Shown one piece after another: positions 28,837-38,665 of a stretch of DNA of 64,000 nucleotides (its first letter is position 1; every line of letters starts with the position of its first letter). The DNA comes from an uncultured Candidatus Poseidoniales archaeon. Lineage in GTDB: Archaea; Thermoplasmatota; Poseidoniia; Poseidoniales; Thalassarchaeaceae. The notes beneath the pieces were generated by a model, which made no database searches, had not been told where the DNA came from, and worked only from the letters and a program-made list of their open reading frames with translations. The translations under genes were made by a program, and so were the position numbers. The stretch lies in NCBI GenBank assembly GCA_902601345.1, contig CACKMK010000002.1, forward strand, positions 43,571 to 107,570, written 5' to 3'.

Positions 28837-30006
28837 GTGCCGATGCCAATCAGAGCTCCTGAAATCGATGACGAGGGTTTGCTTGCTAGGTATCCCTTTC
28901 TGCCACAGGGAAGGTCATTCATTCGTAAGATGTTGGAAGAGAACGGAATAACTGTTGAGGATCTAATTGAAGCCCCTTGGCTCGAGGATGTGAGAGTTAG
29001 GGGCAGGTTAAGGCTGGTGGATTCAGTTTTACAGCAGGAGGATGTGGCATCCTCTTCCACAATTGACCTTTCAACAGACGTTGGGAGGATGACTGAGACA
29101 CTGTCCTTCCTTCATGCAATGCTAGTAGTCTGTGCATCATTCGATGAGAGGCTGCTTTCCAGATGGATTGAGGGCGAGTCTAGCAGAGCGGATAAGTTAC
29201 TGGGTATGGACTCCAAGAACTTCAATTTGCTTTCCTCTTCTTTTCTTTCCGATATTGTAGTGGAAAGTAATAGCGAGGGGTCTGAAATATACTGGATTCC
29301 AATGGTAGACTTCATCGAGCTTAGCCCAAAAATTTCCGGCAAATACTGGAGATTGGTAAATAGGCCTTTGAGAGACGGTTGGGTTTGTCTGGATTCTGGA
29401 GCTGGAGAGACAGGGAGAGAGAGGGCTTCTCGACTGATAAAGGAGAGAGTTAGAGAGAGTCTGAGGGTTAGTTGTGAAGATAGAATTTCCAGGATGGATG
29501 ATGAGTTTGCAGCTAAGTTCGCAGACCCGGTAGATAGGATTACTGGACTGCTTTCTGAGAGAGTCAAGGAGGAGATGCCTATGACGGCAGCAGTCAGGGA
29601 TGACTGGCCTCCGTGTTTTGAATCGGCTGTTTCTGAGTTGAACCAGGGGGTAAATGTAAATCATGTTGGAAGGGTCTTCCTTGCCGCTTTCTCAAGATCG
29701 ATAGGACTTCAGCAGGAGCAAACCTGCAACTTCTTTTCCAATGCCCCTGACTATGACGCTGACACTACATCATACCAAGTGGGTCAGATTTACGAAAGAG
29801 AGTATACCCCTCATGGATGCTCTTCTCTAAAAACGAACGCCAGATGCCCCGTGCAAATAGGAGAGGACCCCCTCTGTGATCAAGAATGGTTGACTCATCC
29901 TCTGAAGTATATCAGAGCAAAGCAGAGGAGGAGGTATGGCTCGGGCAATGCCGGATCTGACGGATATGCCAATGACTCAGATAGCGATTCTGCCAATTCC
30001 TCATAA
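28837..30006 (+). CDS. priL: DNA primase large subunit PriL
   Basis: The N-terminal LLARYPFLP is a PriL N-terminal motif. The C-terminal 4-Cys region CSSLKTNARCPV...GEDPLC fits the Fe-S domain. Confidence 0.6.
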   Translation: MPMPIRAPEIDDEGLLARYPFLPQGRSFIRKMLEENGITVEDLIEAPWLEDVRVRGRLRLVDSVLQQEDVASSSTIDLSTDVGRMTETLSFLHAMLVVCASFDERLLSRWIEGESSRADKLLGMDSKNFNLLSSSFLSDIVVESNSEGSEIYWIPMVDFIELSPKISGKYWRLVNRPLRDGWVCLDSGAGETGRERASRLIKERVRESLRVSCEDRISRMDDEFAAKFADPVDRITGLLSERVKEEMPMTAAVRDDWPPCFESAVSELNQGVNVNHVGRVFLAAFSRSIGLQQEQTCNFFSNAPDYDADTTSYQVGQIYEREYTPHGCSSLKTNARCPVQIGEDPLCDQEWLTHPLKYIRAKQRRRYGSGNAGSDGYANDSDSDSANSS

Positions 30007-30039
30007 GTAGGTGCTTACCAACCACTGACAAGGGAGGGC

Positions 30040-31167
30040 GTGATCATAGTACGAACACTGGTTCTCACAATTGACAGAGACAATGATTTGGGTGTGAAAT
30101 CGGGGATAAGAGGGCCGGTTGTTGGTAGGAAATCCTGCTTGACGGCAGCTCTCAGATTGGGTATCGCGGACCCTGAGGAGTCCGATACAAACGCGATTCT
30201 TGGTGCACTGCACCACCATGATAGGCTGGCAGAAGGAGCTGCTGCAAGCGATGAGGTTCAGATCGCTATTCTAACAGGTGACGTGAGGGTAGGACCTAGG
30301 AGCGATAGGTCGATAGCTAGCCAGTTGGACGAGGTGATTCAGGATTTCCAACCAGATGCAGCACTCCTTGTTACGGACGGCGCTGATGACGAAGCTTCTC
30401 TGCCTATAGTTACCTCGAGGGTGAGAGTGGACACGGTGGAGAAGGTAATAGTCAGGCAGTCAAAGGGAATCGAGGGCACCTACTACTACATCGTGAAGGC
30501 AATAGAGGACCCCAGATTCAGGTCTAGACTTCTAGTTCCACTCGCAGTTTTCCTAATCATAATTGGTCTGGGCCTAATCCTACCAAACGGAATAGCTCTC
30601 ATCGGCTCTCTACCACTTTTGATAGGATTGTGGGTCTTGGGCAAGGGGCTAGGTCTTGAGGCACAAATGGAGAGGGTAGCCATGGAGATGAGAGACAGCG
30701 CTACTGGGGGGCTTTTCTCGTCATTACTATGGGGGATGTCAATTGTGAGTTTGTTCCTGGCAGTTGCTACTGTTTGGGCGGGATGGGACGATCCTGTTCC
30801 AGATGGGAATTCTCAGTTCGAGCACTTACTAGGGCTTGTTGATGAGGTTCTACAATGGATTGTGGGTTCCGTATTCTCGTTCTTACTTGCTCTGGGAGTT
30901 CTGAGGTGGAAGGAGGGTTCCTTCACAGGGAGGAGCGTTCTACTAATTGGTCTTGGGGTAGTATTCTACACCTTCGTTGCGGCAACAATCGACGTGGCAC
31001 TCGTGATTTCATCAGGGCAGGAATATAGTCCCACATTCAATCAACTAGGGGATGATTGGGGGCTACCAATAATGTCCATGGTAATGTACTACCTTCTGAG
31101 AACCATAGTCCAATCATTCTCCGAGGACGATGACTTAGTCCAAGGAAGTCGTTTCTGGGGAGTATGA
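30040..31167 (+). CDS. DUF373 family archaeal membrane protein
   Basis: The N-terminus VLTIDRDNDLGVKSGIRGPVVGR is typical of DUF373, and the C-terminal half is polytopic membrane. Confidence 0.55.
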   Translation: MIIVRTLVLTIDRDNDLGVKSGIRGPVVGRKSCLTAALRLGIADPEESDTNAILGALHHHDRLAEGAAASDEVQIAILTGDVRVGPRSDRSIASQLDEVIQDFQPDAALLVTDGADDEASLPIVTSRVRVDTVEKVIVRQSKGIEGTYYYIVKAIEDPRFRSRLLVPLAVFLIIIGLGLILPNGIALIGSLPLLIGLWVLGKGLGLEAQMERVAMEMRDSATGGLFSSLLWGMSIVSLFLAVATVWAGWDDPVPDGNSQFEHLLGLVDEVLQWIVGSVFSFLLALGVLRWKEGSFTGRSVLLIGLGVVFYTFVAATIDVALVISSGQEYSPTFNQLGDDWGLPIMSMVMYYLLRTIVQSFSEDDDLVQGSRFWGV

Positions 31168-31406
31168 TGGGAAAAGTAACTGCATCCATACTTTGGACCG
31201 GTTCGAAGGAAAGAGGGGAGGCGCTGCTGGCAGCGATAATCCCCGACGATCCAGATGATTTCACGGTTGAGTTATTGGATTTCAGTGACCACGTAGAGTT
31301 GAGGATAGGAGTTATCGCGGACGGGCTGGGTCGATCGAGATCATCGGTAGATGACATTCTTGCCTGCTTGTCAGCAGCTGAGTCCGGGCTTGACTCTCTA
31401 GATTGA
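31164..31406 (+). CDS. KEOPS complex subunit Pcc1-like
   Basis: 80 aa. LAAIIPDDPDDFTVELLDFSDHVELRIGVIADGLGRSRSSVDDILACLSAAE fits the Pcc1 beta-alpha pattern (A..L..AI.PD....V.L.........I.A.DL..LR.S.N..L..L..AE). The start overlaps the DUF373 stop. Confidence 0.4.
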   Translation: MMGKVTASILWTGSKERGEALLAAIIPDDPDDFTVELLDFSDHVELRIGVIADGLGRSRSSVDDILACLSAAESGLDSLD

Positions 31407-31456
31407 CCTTAACGAGTACTAGTACTATTCAAGGGTGGGCTTGCAGTCCATGATGC

Positions 31457-32398
31457 GTGGAAGGACTGCCGCATGACCGATCCCACTTGTTATGCAATGC
31501 AAATGAAGTTCCTAATCCGACAAAAATGTTTCAGGATTCAATAAGGAGATGGTTGATTGCTCACTTGTCAGATGACTCTGCAACGGATGGAAAAATGGGA
31601 AGTATTGTTGAGGCAGTGGTGATATCGAAAAGTGCAGGAGTGTTCTGTGGCAGAATTCCAGTGGACTTGCTTTTCGCCGAGTGGTTTCCCTCCTGTGAGC
31701 TGACTTGGAATGTCGAAGAAGGAGGGGATATCAAAGTAGGTAGCCAGATTCTCTCTATCTCTGGGCCATCGGATAGTGTCTTGAGTTGTGAGAGGGTTGT
31801 GCTGAACATTCTTGGTAGGCTATCAGGCATTACCACTAGGACCTCCGAATGGGTAAGCGAGTCAGGAGATGTTTCTATAGCATGCACAAGAAAAACTGCA
31901 TGGGGGTTGATGGACAAATGGGCCGTACATATGGGAGGAGGACTAACCCATCGGCTCAGTAGGACAGATGCATTGATGATTAAGGAAAATGATTTGAGCG
32001 TAATCGGCTCTAAAGATGGTGTTGAATCAGCAATTTCATCCGCAATCTCCTCCATTGATTTTGAGAAGAATCCCGGATTTGTTGTAATCGAGGTTCAGGA
32101 CTCTGCGCAGGCGATTTCAGCCGCCGAGTCCTGGTCAGAAAATCAGAAAATCAGAGGAAGGGAGGAAAGAATAGTGATACTGCTAGACAATATGGGACCA
32201 AGTGGGTGCAGGTCTGCAGAAATTCTTCTGAGAGAGTCTGGGTTAAGGGAGTGGTGCATTCTCGAGGGATCAGGAGGAGTAACATTGGATGATTTGCATA
32301 CCTGGATTGAGAATTCCATGGTAGATGTGATATCTTCAAGCTCGGTAAACATGGGAGTCCCCCCGCTGGATCTCTCAATGCTAATTGGAGGGAGTTGA
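31457..32398 (+). CDS. nadC: Nicotinate-nucleotide pyrophosphorylase [carboxylating] (quinolinate PRTase)
   Basis: VLNILGRLSGITTRTSEWV, TRKTAWGLMDKWAVHMGGGLTHRLSRTDALMIKEND and ILLDNMGP are NadC/ModD-family blocks. Confidence 0.7.
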   Translation: MEGLPHDRSHLLCNANEVPNPTKMFQDSIRRWLIAHLSDDSATDGKMGSIVEAVVISKSAGVFCGRIPVDLLFAEWFPSCELTWNVEEGGDIKVGSQILSISGPSDSVLSCERVVLNILGRLSGITTRTSEWVSESGDVSIACTRKTAWGLMDKWAVHMGGGLTHRLSRTDALMIKENDLSVIGSKDGVESAISSAISSIDFEKNPGFVVIEVQDSAQAISAAESWSENQKIRGREERIVILLDNMGPSGCRSAEILLRESGLREWCILEGSGGVTLDDLHTWIENSMVDVISSSSVNMGVPPLDLSMLIGGS

Positions 32399-33183
32399 TG
32401 GCCAGGATTCCCGATAGCCACCCTAGGAAGAAATCCCTAGAGTCAAGGCAGAAGATAGTGGATGGCAGCTCCATGGGTCTGCTTGCGGACTCGGCAATGA
32501 TTGCTCATGGCAGAGGAGAGGCTTTCGACTATCTGCTCGGAGAGAGGACCACGGAGTCAGCCAGAGAGGCCATTCGTGAGAGTGCGGCTCGCCTCAGGAA
32601 TGCCAGAAGACCGATCATCTCAGTTAACGGAAACACGACAGTCCTAGCAGGCGACGGAGCGATTAGGTTGGCTGCAGTCCTTGGTTGTCCTATTGAGGTG
32701 AACCTCTACTACAGAACCCCAAGCAGGGTCAAGGGGCTGATCTCGCTATTGGAAGAAGGGAAGTTTAAGCTGTCCCAAGAGGCTGCCCCTGACGGGTTCT
32801 ATCGGGACTGGAAGGAAAGAGTCGAGGGAGTGTCGATTCTAGGGGAATCTCCTAATTTCAAGATAGAAGGTTTGGAGGGGCCACGTTCAAACTGCACTGT
32901 AGAAGGAATAGGCGGAGCTGATACTATCCTTGTCCCTCTTGAGGACGGTGACAGGTGCGAGGCACTGATCAGTCTTGACAAGGAGGTCATAGTGGTCGAT
33001 CTGAACCCTCTTTCAAGAAGTGCTAGGATGGCCTCGGTGACGATAGTAGACGAGGTTTCCAGAGCGTTCGAGGGTATTCTGTCCTGTCTACTCAATGACT
33101 CCGATTACAAACAGACAGAATGGGATAATCAGAAATCTTTGAGAGGGTCCCTGCAGGAGATTTGTGAACATTTCTCAGAATAG
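32395..33183 (+). CDS. Archaeal 4-phosphopantoate--beta-alanine ligase (phosphopantothenate synthetase, DUF137)
   Basis: LLADSAMIAHGRGEAFDYLLGE is the characteristic PPS/DUF137 block. 262 aa. The start overlaps the nadC stop. Confidence 0.5.
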   Translation: MMARIPDSHPRKKSLESRQKIVDGSSMGLLADSAMIAHGRGEAFDYLLGERTTESAREAIRESAARLRNARRPIISVNGNTTVLAGDGAIRLAAVLGCPIEVNLYYRTPSRVKGLISLLEEGKFKLSQEAAPDGFYRDWKERVEGVSILGESPNFKIEGLEGPRSNCTVEGIGGADTILVPLEDGDRCEALISLDKEVIVVDLNPLSRSARMASVTIVDEVSRAFEGILSCLLNDSDYKQTEWDNQKSLRGSLQEICEHFSE

Positions 33184-33198
33184 GTCCTAATGTCCTGT

Positions 33199-34386
33199 TC
33201 AGCTGCCTAACTCTGTGAGAATAGCCGCACATCTGGACGCTATGGCCTCGCCGACCTCCGTGGTTGAGGCCTTGCCTCCCAAGTCGTAAGTAACGGGTCC
33301 TCCAGAAGACATGTGTTCTGAAATCGCTCTCTCAATGACTTCTGCGCACAATATCGCTTCCTGATCGTCATTCTTCAAACCAAGAGAATCGAACATCAAT
33401 TGTACAGAAGATATTGCTGCAATGGGATTCACTTTGTTCTGTCCTGCATATTTCGGGCTGGACCCGTGAACTGGCTCGAACAGCATGTGTTCGTCTCCTA
33501 TGTTGGCGCTGGCCGCCATACCCATCCCACCCTGAAGTACTGAGGCTAGATCTGTGGCTATATCTCCAAACATGTTCGGAAGAACGACTACATCGAGATC
33601 CTCTGGACTCCTGACTAGCCACATAGTGAATGCATCGATGAACGCCTCGTTGGTTACAATGCCATGGTATTCAGATGAGACCTCTCTGAAAACATCCCTG
33701 AATAGTCTGCATCCCCTAGTGACGTTGCTCTTGTCTACGCATGTTACCTTCTGAACGCTACCAAATCTGGATTCACGTCTTTTAGCTAGTTCAAATGAGA
33801 AACGGATAACTCTCTCGCTACCCTTCCGCGATATCGGCCTAACGTCCCAGCCTACTTCTCCTTCCAGACCCGGGAATCCGTCGATTACAAGCGGTTCGTC
33901 CCTTTCCTCTCCTCTGGCTGCCATTCCAGATCTCCTTAACAGGGCATGGTATAGGCCCTCGGTATTTTCTCTCACCATTACGACGTCTACGAGTTCGTTG
34001 TCCCAAACATCAATGAAAGTCCCATGCACCTTGTGCTTGACACCCTTGTAGAGTTTGACTGGTCTAACGTTAGCATACAGATCTAATGCTGACCTCAGTC
34101 CCAGAAGTGCCTGCCCTCCGGCAATATCACCATTTGGGAGAGTAGCGCCCGGCCAGCCAACTGCACCGACTACAATGGCATCAGATTCATCTCTGCAGTG
34201 TTCGAAAGAACCAGTTGGCCATTCCTCACCAGTATCCAGATAGTGTTGGCCGCCACAAGGAATCTCGGTGGTTTCCATTGAAATTGCTCCTGAATCGTGG
34301 AAGGTTGAGAGCAACCGCTTTACCTCTTCCATAACCTCTCGACCAGTCCCATCCCCGGGCAAAAGTGCCAATCTGTACGGCGCCAT
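33199..34386 (-). CDS. Isocitrate/3-isopropylmalate dehydrogenase family protein; start trimmed to MAPYRLALLPGDGTGREV
   Basis: NMFGDIATDLASVLQGGMGMAASANIGDE is the ICDH/IPMDH signature, and the N-terminus LLPGDGTGREVMEEV is typical. The upstream 109 aa of the ORF (to 34713) are low-complexity and overlap the next gene. Confidence 0.75.
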   Translation of the reverse strand: MAPYRLALLPGDGTGREVMEEVKRLLSTFHDSGAISMETTEIPCGGQHYLDTGEEWPTGSFEHCRDESDAIVVGAVGWPGATLPNGDIAGGQALLGLRSALDLYANVRPVKLYKGVKHKVHGTFIDVWDNELVDVVMVRENTEGLYHALLRRSGMAARGEERDEPLVIDGFPGLEGEVGWDVRPISRKGSERVIRFSFELAKRRESRFGSVQKVTCVDKSNVTRGCRLFRDVFREVSSEYHGIVTNEAFIDAFTMWLVRSPEDLDVVVLPNMFGDIATDLASVLQGGMGMAASANIGDEHMLFEPVHGSSPKYAGQNKVNPIAAISSVQLMFDSLGLKNDDQEAILCAEVIERAISEHMSSGGPVTYDLGGKASTTEVGEAIASRCAAILTELGS

Positions 34387-34483
34387 TGACCGGGGCACAA
34401 CCTTTTCATTCATCAATCCAACCCCATGGAGAGGTTTTCTCACAGAGCAGATAATTGATAGACGGTCAAGTTGACAACAAGAT

Positions 34484-35092
34484 ATGGGAACCAACTCAGA
34501 AGAGGATAAGAGCGGACCGAAAATCGACATCAGAACACTACCGGAGTCCGTATCCCTCCTCTGGGAGTCAATGCTACGCAAAAATCCAAACTGGGACTTA
34601 TCTGAGTGGCTAGACGAAAGAGCCAATGAAGAGTTGGAACTTCTGGAGTCGCACCTCGGCAGGGAGAAGCTCAGGTACGAGCAAAGACTCCATAGAATAG
34701 AGAATCTCTCCAAACAGATGAGCAGGAGGAGGGAGAGCGCTGGGACATCTCCATTGCCCGATCCAAACCAGCGGAATCTCTTCGATGTATACGGTCCTTC
34801 GGAGGAGGTCCCCCCTGCCGAAGGAAAGGAAATCGATGGAGTGCCATTAGTTGACCTCGGATCGCTTTCGGCTGATGATGACCTCCTGCTGGCTTACATT
34901 AGTCAGAAGATTCTGATTGTAATAGAGGAGGCAAATGAGAAGGGAGAGGGTTTGCATTTCGACAATATAATTCGGTTGATGGAGTCTCCTGGGATAACCT
35001 CAGAGGACATTGATGAGTCGATATCTTGGCTTCTTCAGAAGAACGAGATTATTGAGATAGAAAGAGACGTTTTTGTCATCAGCTCAAAATAA
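34484..35092 (+). CDS. Hypothetical protein with a coiled-coil N-terminal half and a winged-helix-like C-terminus
   Basis: 202 aa. LLLAYISQKILIVIEEANEKGEGLHFDNIIRLMESPGITSEDIDESISWLLQKNEIIEIE resembles a wHTH fold. Confidence 0.35.
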   Translation: MGTNSEEDKSGPKIDIRTLPESVSLLWESMLRKNPNWDLSEWLDERANEELELLESHLGREKLRYEQRLHRIENLSKQMSRRRESAGTSPLPDPNQRNLFDVYGPSEEVPPAEGKEIDGVPLVDLGSLSADDDLLLAYISQKILIVIEEANEKGEGLHFDNIIRLMESPGITSEDIDESISWLLQKNEIIEIERDVFVISSK

Positions 35093-35149
35093 TCGTGGTG
35101 GTAATCAATACAACCATTCAAACACGAAGAGCGAATCGGTGGGTTACCT

Positions 35150-37105
35150 ATGACGAGCGAAACTTCTGGGTGGTATGCAAGGCTGGATCATGAGTGTCCA
35201 GAAAGGACCCGACAGATCGGAATTTGGCTTGATTCATGGCTTGAGGCAACCAAGAAAGGGCTCCCTATAGCAGCCACTCTCCCAAACAATTGGCCAACCC
35301 TTCCTGCAGGTCTGCTCAGCAACCCAGGAACGGTTTTAGATCACCTGATTGCTAGGTTTGATGCCCAAAGCGATGGGCGTTCCCCGAGGGGAGTTTACGC
35401 ACCTCCAGCGCGATTTGTAGATGCGATATTGTACGACGAGCTGCGGCATGGAAGGGGTAAGAAGAAAGAGCCCCCCGCTACTCTCTCTCTAGCTGCTCTT
35501 CCACCTAGTTTCAGAGGGTTTGCAAAACAGATTAACGAGAACATCGATGAGAATGGGGACTCCGAAAGCGACAGTCTGGAGATGGATAATAGAACGATGT
35601 CGGGAATTCCGATTCCGTTTGCAGACCCTTGTGTAGGGGGCGGTCTCTTCGTTGAGAGAATATTGAGGATACACTCTGAAAGAATTTCAGGAAACACACC
35701 GAATGAGAGGAGAGAGGATACCCTGCGACTCTTGGAGGGACTACAGTTGGTGGACAGTTCCGAGGTGGCAGTGACTTCGGCGAGGAAGAGAATCGTGATT
35801 GTTCTTGCCAGGCTAGATCTTGTAGATCTGGACGGAGAGGGGAACGAAGGAAAGATTGGTCTCAGTGAGGCAGAGATGATTATCGAGAGTAACGTTCGTT
35901 GTGTTGATCCTCTACTTGGCGAGTGGCCTTGGAACGAAGGCCCCATGCTTCTAGTTTCACGCCCTCCGTGGCTCAGAATCAAGGATAGGTTCAGAGGACA
36001 TCCAGATGGGAGTGCTCTTAGAAAGAGGCTATCCTGTCAGCTAAGGGAATTCAAGGAGTCAGATGGAAGAACCAGATTCTCAGCAATCAAAGGGAATGTG
36101 AACCTGTACAGACTTTACATCGAGAGATCAATGCAGTTGTGTCAGAAAGGAGGAAGGGCTAGGCTAGTAGTGCCCAGTTCGGTTCTGAGAGAAAAAAGCA
36201 GTCTGCCGCTCAGAAAATTGCTTGTTGAGTCAAACCAATGGGATTCAGTCTGGTCGTTTCCAGAAGACCACAAATTGCTCTTTGGGGGTTCACAAGGAGT
36301 ATCTGTAATCGGTGTTACCGTTGGAGAGGAAACCGATGTTCTAACCAGCTTCGGACCTCTGCAGACCAATGACCTCTCATCGGGCAATGGACTTGTGTCC
36401 GACGCTCCATTCTTTGAATTAGAAAGAGGGCCATGGTCCTCATGGACGGATGCATCATATGCCGTTCCAAAGATGCCCAGATCGTCGATTGAAAGGACTA
36501 GGACCTTGTCAGCAATAGGAAAACTGGCAGATAAGCCTCGTTTGGTCGAAGACGGAACGGGCTTGAATCCGAGTACTAGAGTCATCAAAGTCAGGGTAGG
36601 GGAGGTTGAGAGGTCTTCCTGGGAGGACGAGATATGCGAATGGAGGGAGGGTCTTCTTCCATTTGTAAGGGCATCTCACATCCATTTCGAGGATGGTAGA
36701 GGGGTGATTAGGCACCCCGCTTTTGATGCCAACAATGTAGGCGAACTAGAGGCTAGTAATTCTGGATGGTCAGGACCCAAAAATATGGCCGTCCAGTCTA
36801 GAATCGCCTGTCAGGCGGTGGTGAATCCTAACTCAGAGAGGAGACTGGTGTGGGCGGTTGTTCCAGAGGGCTGCGTTATCGGGAACTCGGTTAGCTTCCT
36901 CGATCTGCCTCCCGAGGTTACAGAGCGGCTAAAGGATAGGTTCGGAACCATTGAAGAGGGTTTGAGAGTCCTTGCTAGCCAACTGAATTCAGAAGATCTG
37001 GATCTGTGGTCCAAAGCTTGGGCGGCAAATAACAATGTGAATAACTATGAAATCGAGACTCTACCGTTCGAAATAGAGGGTGGAGAGTTTGGATTGCCTG
37101 CCTAG
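35150..37105 (+). CDS. Orphan gamma-class N6-adenine DNA methyltransferase-like protein (Eco57I/TaqI-like motif order X-I-IV) with a large C-terminal domain
   Basis: GVYAPPARFVDAILYDEL corresponds to motif X (GxYYTPxxIVxxMV). FADPCVGGGLFV corresponds to motif I (xDPAxGSGxFL). LVSRPPWL corresponds to motif IV ((N/D/S)PP(Y/F/W)). 651 aa with no partner restriction or specificity gene. Confidence 0.5.
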   Translation: MTSETSGWYARLDHECPERTRQIGIWLDSWLEATKKGLPIAATLPNNWPTLPAGLLSNPGTVLDHLIARFDAQSDGRSPRGVYAPPARFVDAILYDELRHGRGKKKEPPATLSLAALPPSFRGFAKQINENIDENGDSESDSLEMDNRTMSGIPIPFADPCVGGGLFVERILRIHSERISGNTPNERREDTLRLLEGLQLVDSSEVAVTSARKRIVIVLARLDLVDLDGEGNEGKIGLSEAEMIIESNVRCVDPLLGEWPWNEGPMLLVSRPPWLRIKDRFRGHPDGSALRKRLSCQLREFKESDGRTRFSAIKGNVNLYRLYIERSMQLCQKGGRARLVVPSSVLREKSSLPLRKLLVESNQWDSVWSFPEDHKLLFGGSQGVSVIGVTVGEETDVLTSFGPLQTNDLSSGNGLVSDAPFFELERGPWSSWTDASYAVPKMPRSSIERTRTLSAIGKLADKPRLVEDGTGLNPSTRVIKVRVGEVERSSWEDEICEWREGLLPFVRASHIHFEDGRGVIRHPAFDANNVGELEASNSGWSGPKNMAVQSRIACQAVVNPNSERRLVWAVVPEGCVIGNSVSFLDLPPEVTERLKDRFGTIEEGLRVLASQLNSEDLDLWSKAWAANNNVNNYEIETLPFEIEGGEFGLPA

Positions 37106-37248
37106 AGGGATAACGGGCGTAGGATAATTTGCAGATTTCGGATTTTGGTTTCCTAGTTCCGGAAAACCACCCATATCGAGAATGGATTAATATCCATGGT
37201 TTGCGTACGCGGGACGTTCCGAACTTGGAATGCATTTAGGAGAGCAGC

Positions 37249-37827
37249 ATGGGAATCAATCCAAAGATCGGAATTACTGGTCTCCCACGCTCGGGAAAGT
37301 CAGCTGTACTTCAGAAAGTTGTAGACATGATCTCCCAAGAGGGTAGTGGCTTCAGGAGGACCAAGGGTCCTAGTCCCCCTGAGCACATCATTGGGGGCAT
37401 GAGGTGCGAGCCAGTAATTGAGAACGGAGAGAGGGTTGGATATGCTTGCGTAAACATTCTTACCGGTGAGAAAGGGGTAATGGCCCATAGAGAAATAGAC
37501 TCTAGGAATCGCATACTTGGTTTCGGCATAGACCCAAGTGAGATTGATAGGGTTGGGGTTCCCGCGATAATTGACAGTATAGGAAACTGCGAGATCTTAG
37601 TGATTGACGAGGTCGGGAAGTTCACTGTTGAAAGCGAGGGGTTCGTCAATTCGGTTAGGTTGGCACTACAGCATGACCTACCTACTCTGCTGACTCTTCA
37701 CAAGAAAAGTCGTCACCCTCTATTGCAGGATATCCGGAGGAGGGATGACGCTCGTATACTGGAGGTGACTCCAGTGAACAGGTCGCTGCTTCCATACAAG
37801 ATTCACAAGTTAATCCAAGAGTTGTGA
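37249..37827 (+). CDS. Nucleoside-triphosphatase THEP1 family (MJ1559-like)
   Basis: Walker A IGITGLPRSGKSAVL, Walker B EILVIDEVGKFTVESEGF, and LHKKSRHPLLQDIRRR. Confidence 0.65.
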   Translation: MGINPKIGITGLPRSGKSAVLQKVVDMISQEGSGFRRTKGPSPPEHIIGGMRCEPVIENGERVGYACVNILTGEKGVMAHREIDSRNRILGFGIDPSEIDRVGVPAIIDSIGNCEILVIDEVGKFTVESEGFVNSVRLALQHDLPTLLTLHKKSRHPLLQDIRRRDDARILEVTPVNRSLLPYKIHKLIQEL

Positions 37828-37873
37828 TGCTAACTTAGGTCAAGTTGATTGGAAGTGTCGAATTCGTGAAGCC

Positions 37874-38230
37874 ATGGATTCTCCGGCTTCGAGGATGAGC
37901 AGGCTCCTGTCGGGATTCATTCTCTGTCTACTGGCGGTGACATCCATTGCAGTCGTAGATGGCAGATTCACTGATTTTTCAGAGTTCGGAGTCTTCTCGG
38001 TAGTCTGTGCAATCTCGGTCTTAGCATCGGTTCTTCTTGTCTCATTAGCAGCGGGCAGGGGGAAGGAACACGGGAGATGGCCTACAGACTCAATGATCAG
38101 TAGAGAAGCCGAAGAGGCTATGATATCTAGGTTGGAGAAAGAGAGGGAGGAGGCCAGCATGCAGGGTCTTAGTTCCAAATGGGCAAGGATGGAGATGGAG
38201 CACCTGGAGTCAAAACACAGTGAGGAGTAG
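37874..38230 (+). CDS. Small hypothetical membrane protein
   Basis: 118 aa with two TM helices and a charged helical C-terminus. A 195-aa Ser/Thr-rich ORF on the opposite strand (37840-38427) competes with it and was judged less protein-like. Confidence 0.25.
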   Translation: MDSPASRMSRLLSGFILCLLAVTSIAVVDGRFTDFSEFGVFSVVCAISVLASVLLVSLAAGRGKEHGRWPTDSMISREAEEAMISRLEKEREEASMQGLSSKWARMEMEHLESKHSEE

Positions 38231-38269
38231 GGAGCGAAAACTTGACCCCATGTCCACTGCACGCGCTGT

Positions 38270-38665
38270 TTGGTAGTTGGTATGGGAGACGTTCCTGAAG
38301 AGCTGAAATACACCGAGGAGCATGAGTGGGTTAGAGTTGAAGGAGACGAGGTGAGTATAGGAATAACTGACTTTGCCCAGAATGCCCTGACTGAGGTGGT
38401 CTGGGTAGAGCTTCCCGAGACCGACATCGAGGTGAGCGCGATGGAGTCTTTTGCGAGTGTCGAATCTGTGAAGTCGGTTAGCGAGATTTATGCCCCTGTC
38501 GCCGGTACCGTAACTGAAGTCAACCATTCTCTGGAGGATTCTCCAGAGCAGATAAACGAGGACCCATATGGCTCGGGGTGGATATGCAAAATCAATGTAG
38601 GTCCTGATTTGGATCTGAGTGGGCTTCTGGATGCAGGCAGTTACTCCAAACTTATCGGAGAATGA
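38270..38665 (+). CDS. gcvH: Glycine cleavage system H protein (lipoyl carrier)
   Basis: The lipoyl-Lys block is ESVKSVSEIYAPVAGTVTEVN. YGSGWICKI is also GcvH-like. Confidence 0.75.
   Translation: MVVGMGDVPEELKYTEEHEWVRVEGDEVSIGITDFAQNALTEVVWVELPETDIEVSAMESFASVESVKSVSEIYAPVAGTVTEVNHSLEDSPEQINEDPYGSGWICKINVGPDLDLSGLLDAGSYSKLIGE

Noticed and set aside
33199-34713. Full 504-aa dehydrogenase ORF including the N-terminal 109 aa
   Set aside because: The upstream 109 aa are Ser/Leu-rich low complexity and overlap the oppositely oriented 34484-35092 gene. The conserved N-terminus LLPGDGTGREV follows the Met at 34386.
37840-38427. Minus-strand 195-aa Ser/Thr-rich ORF
   Set aside because: It competes with a plus-strand small membrane protein and with the N-terminus of gcvH. 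Its composition is low-complexity and it has no motif. It is probably spurious.
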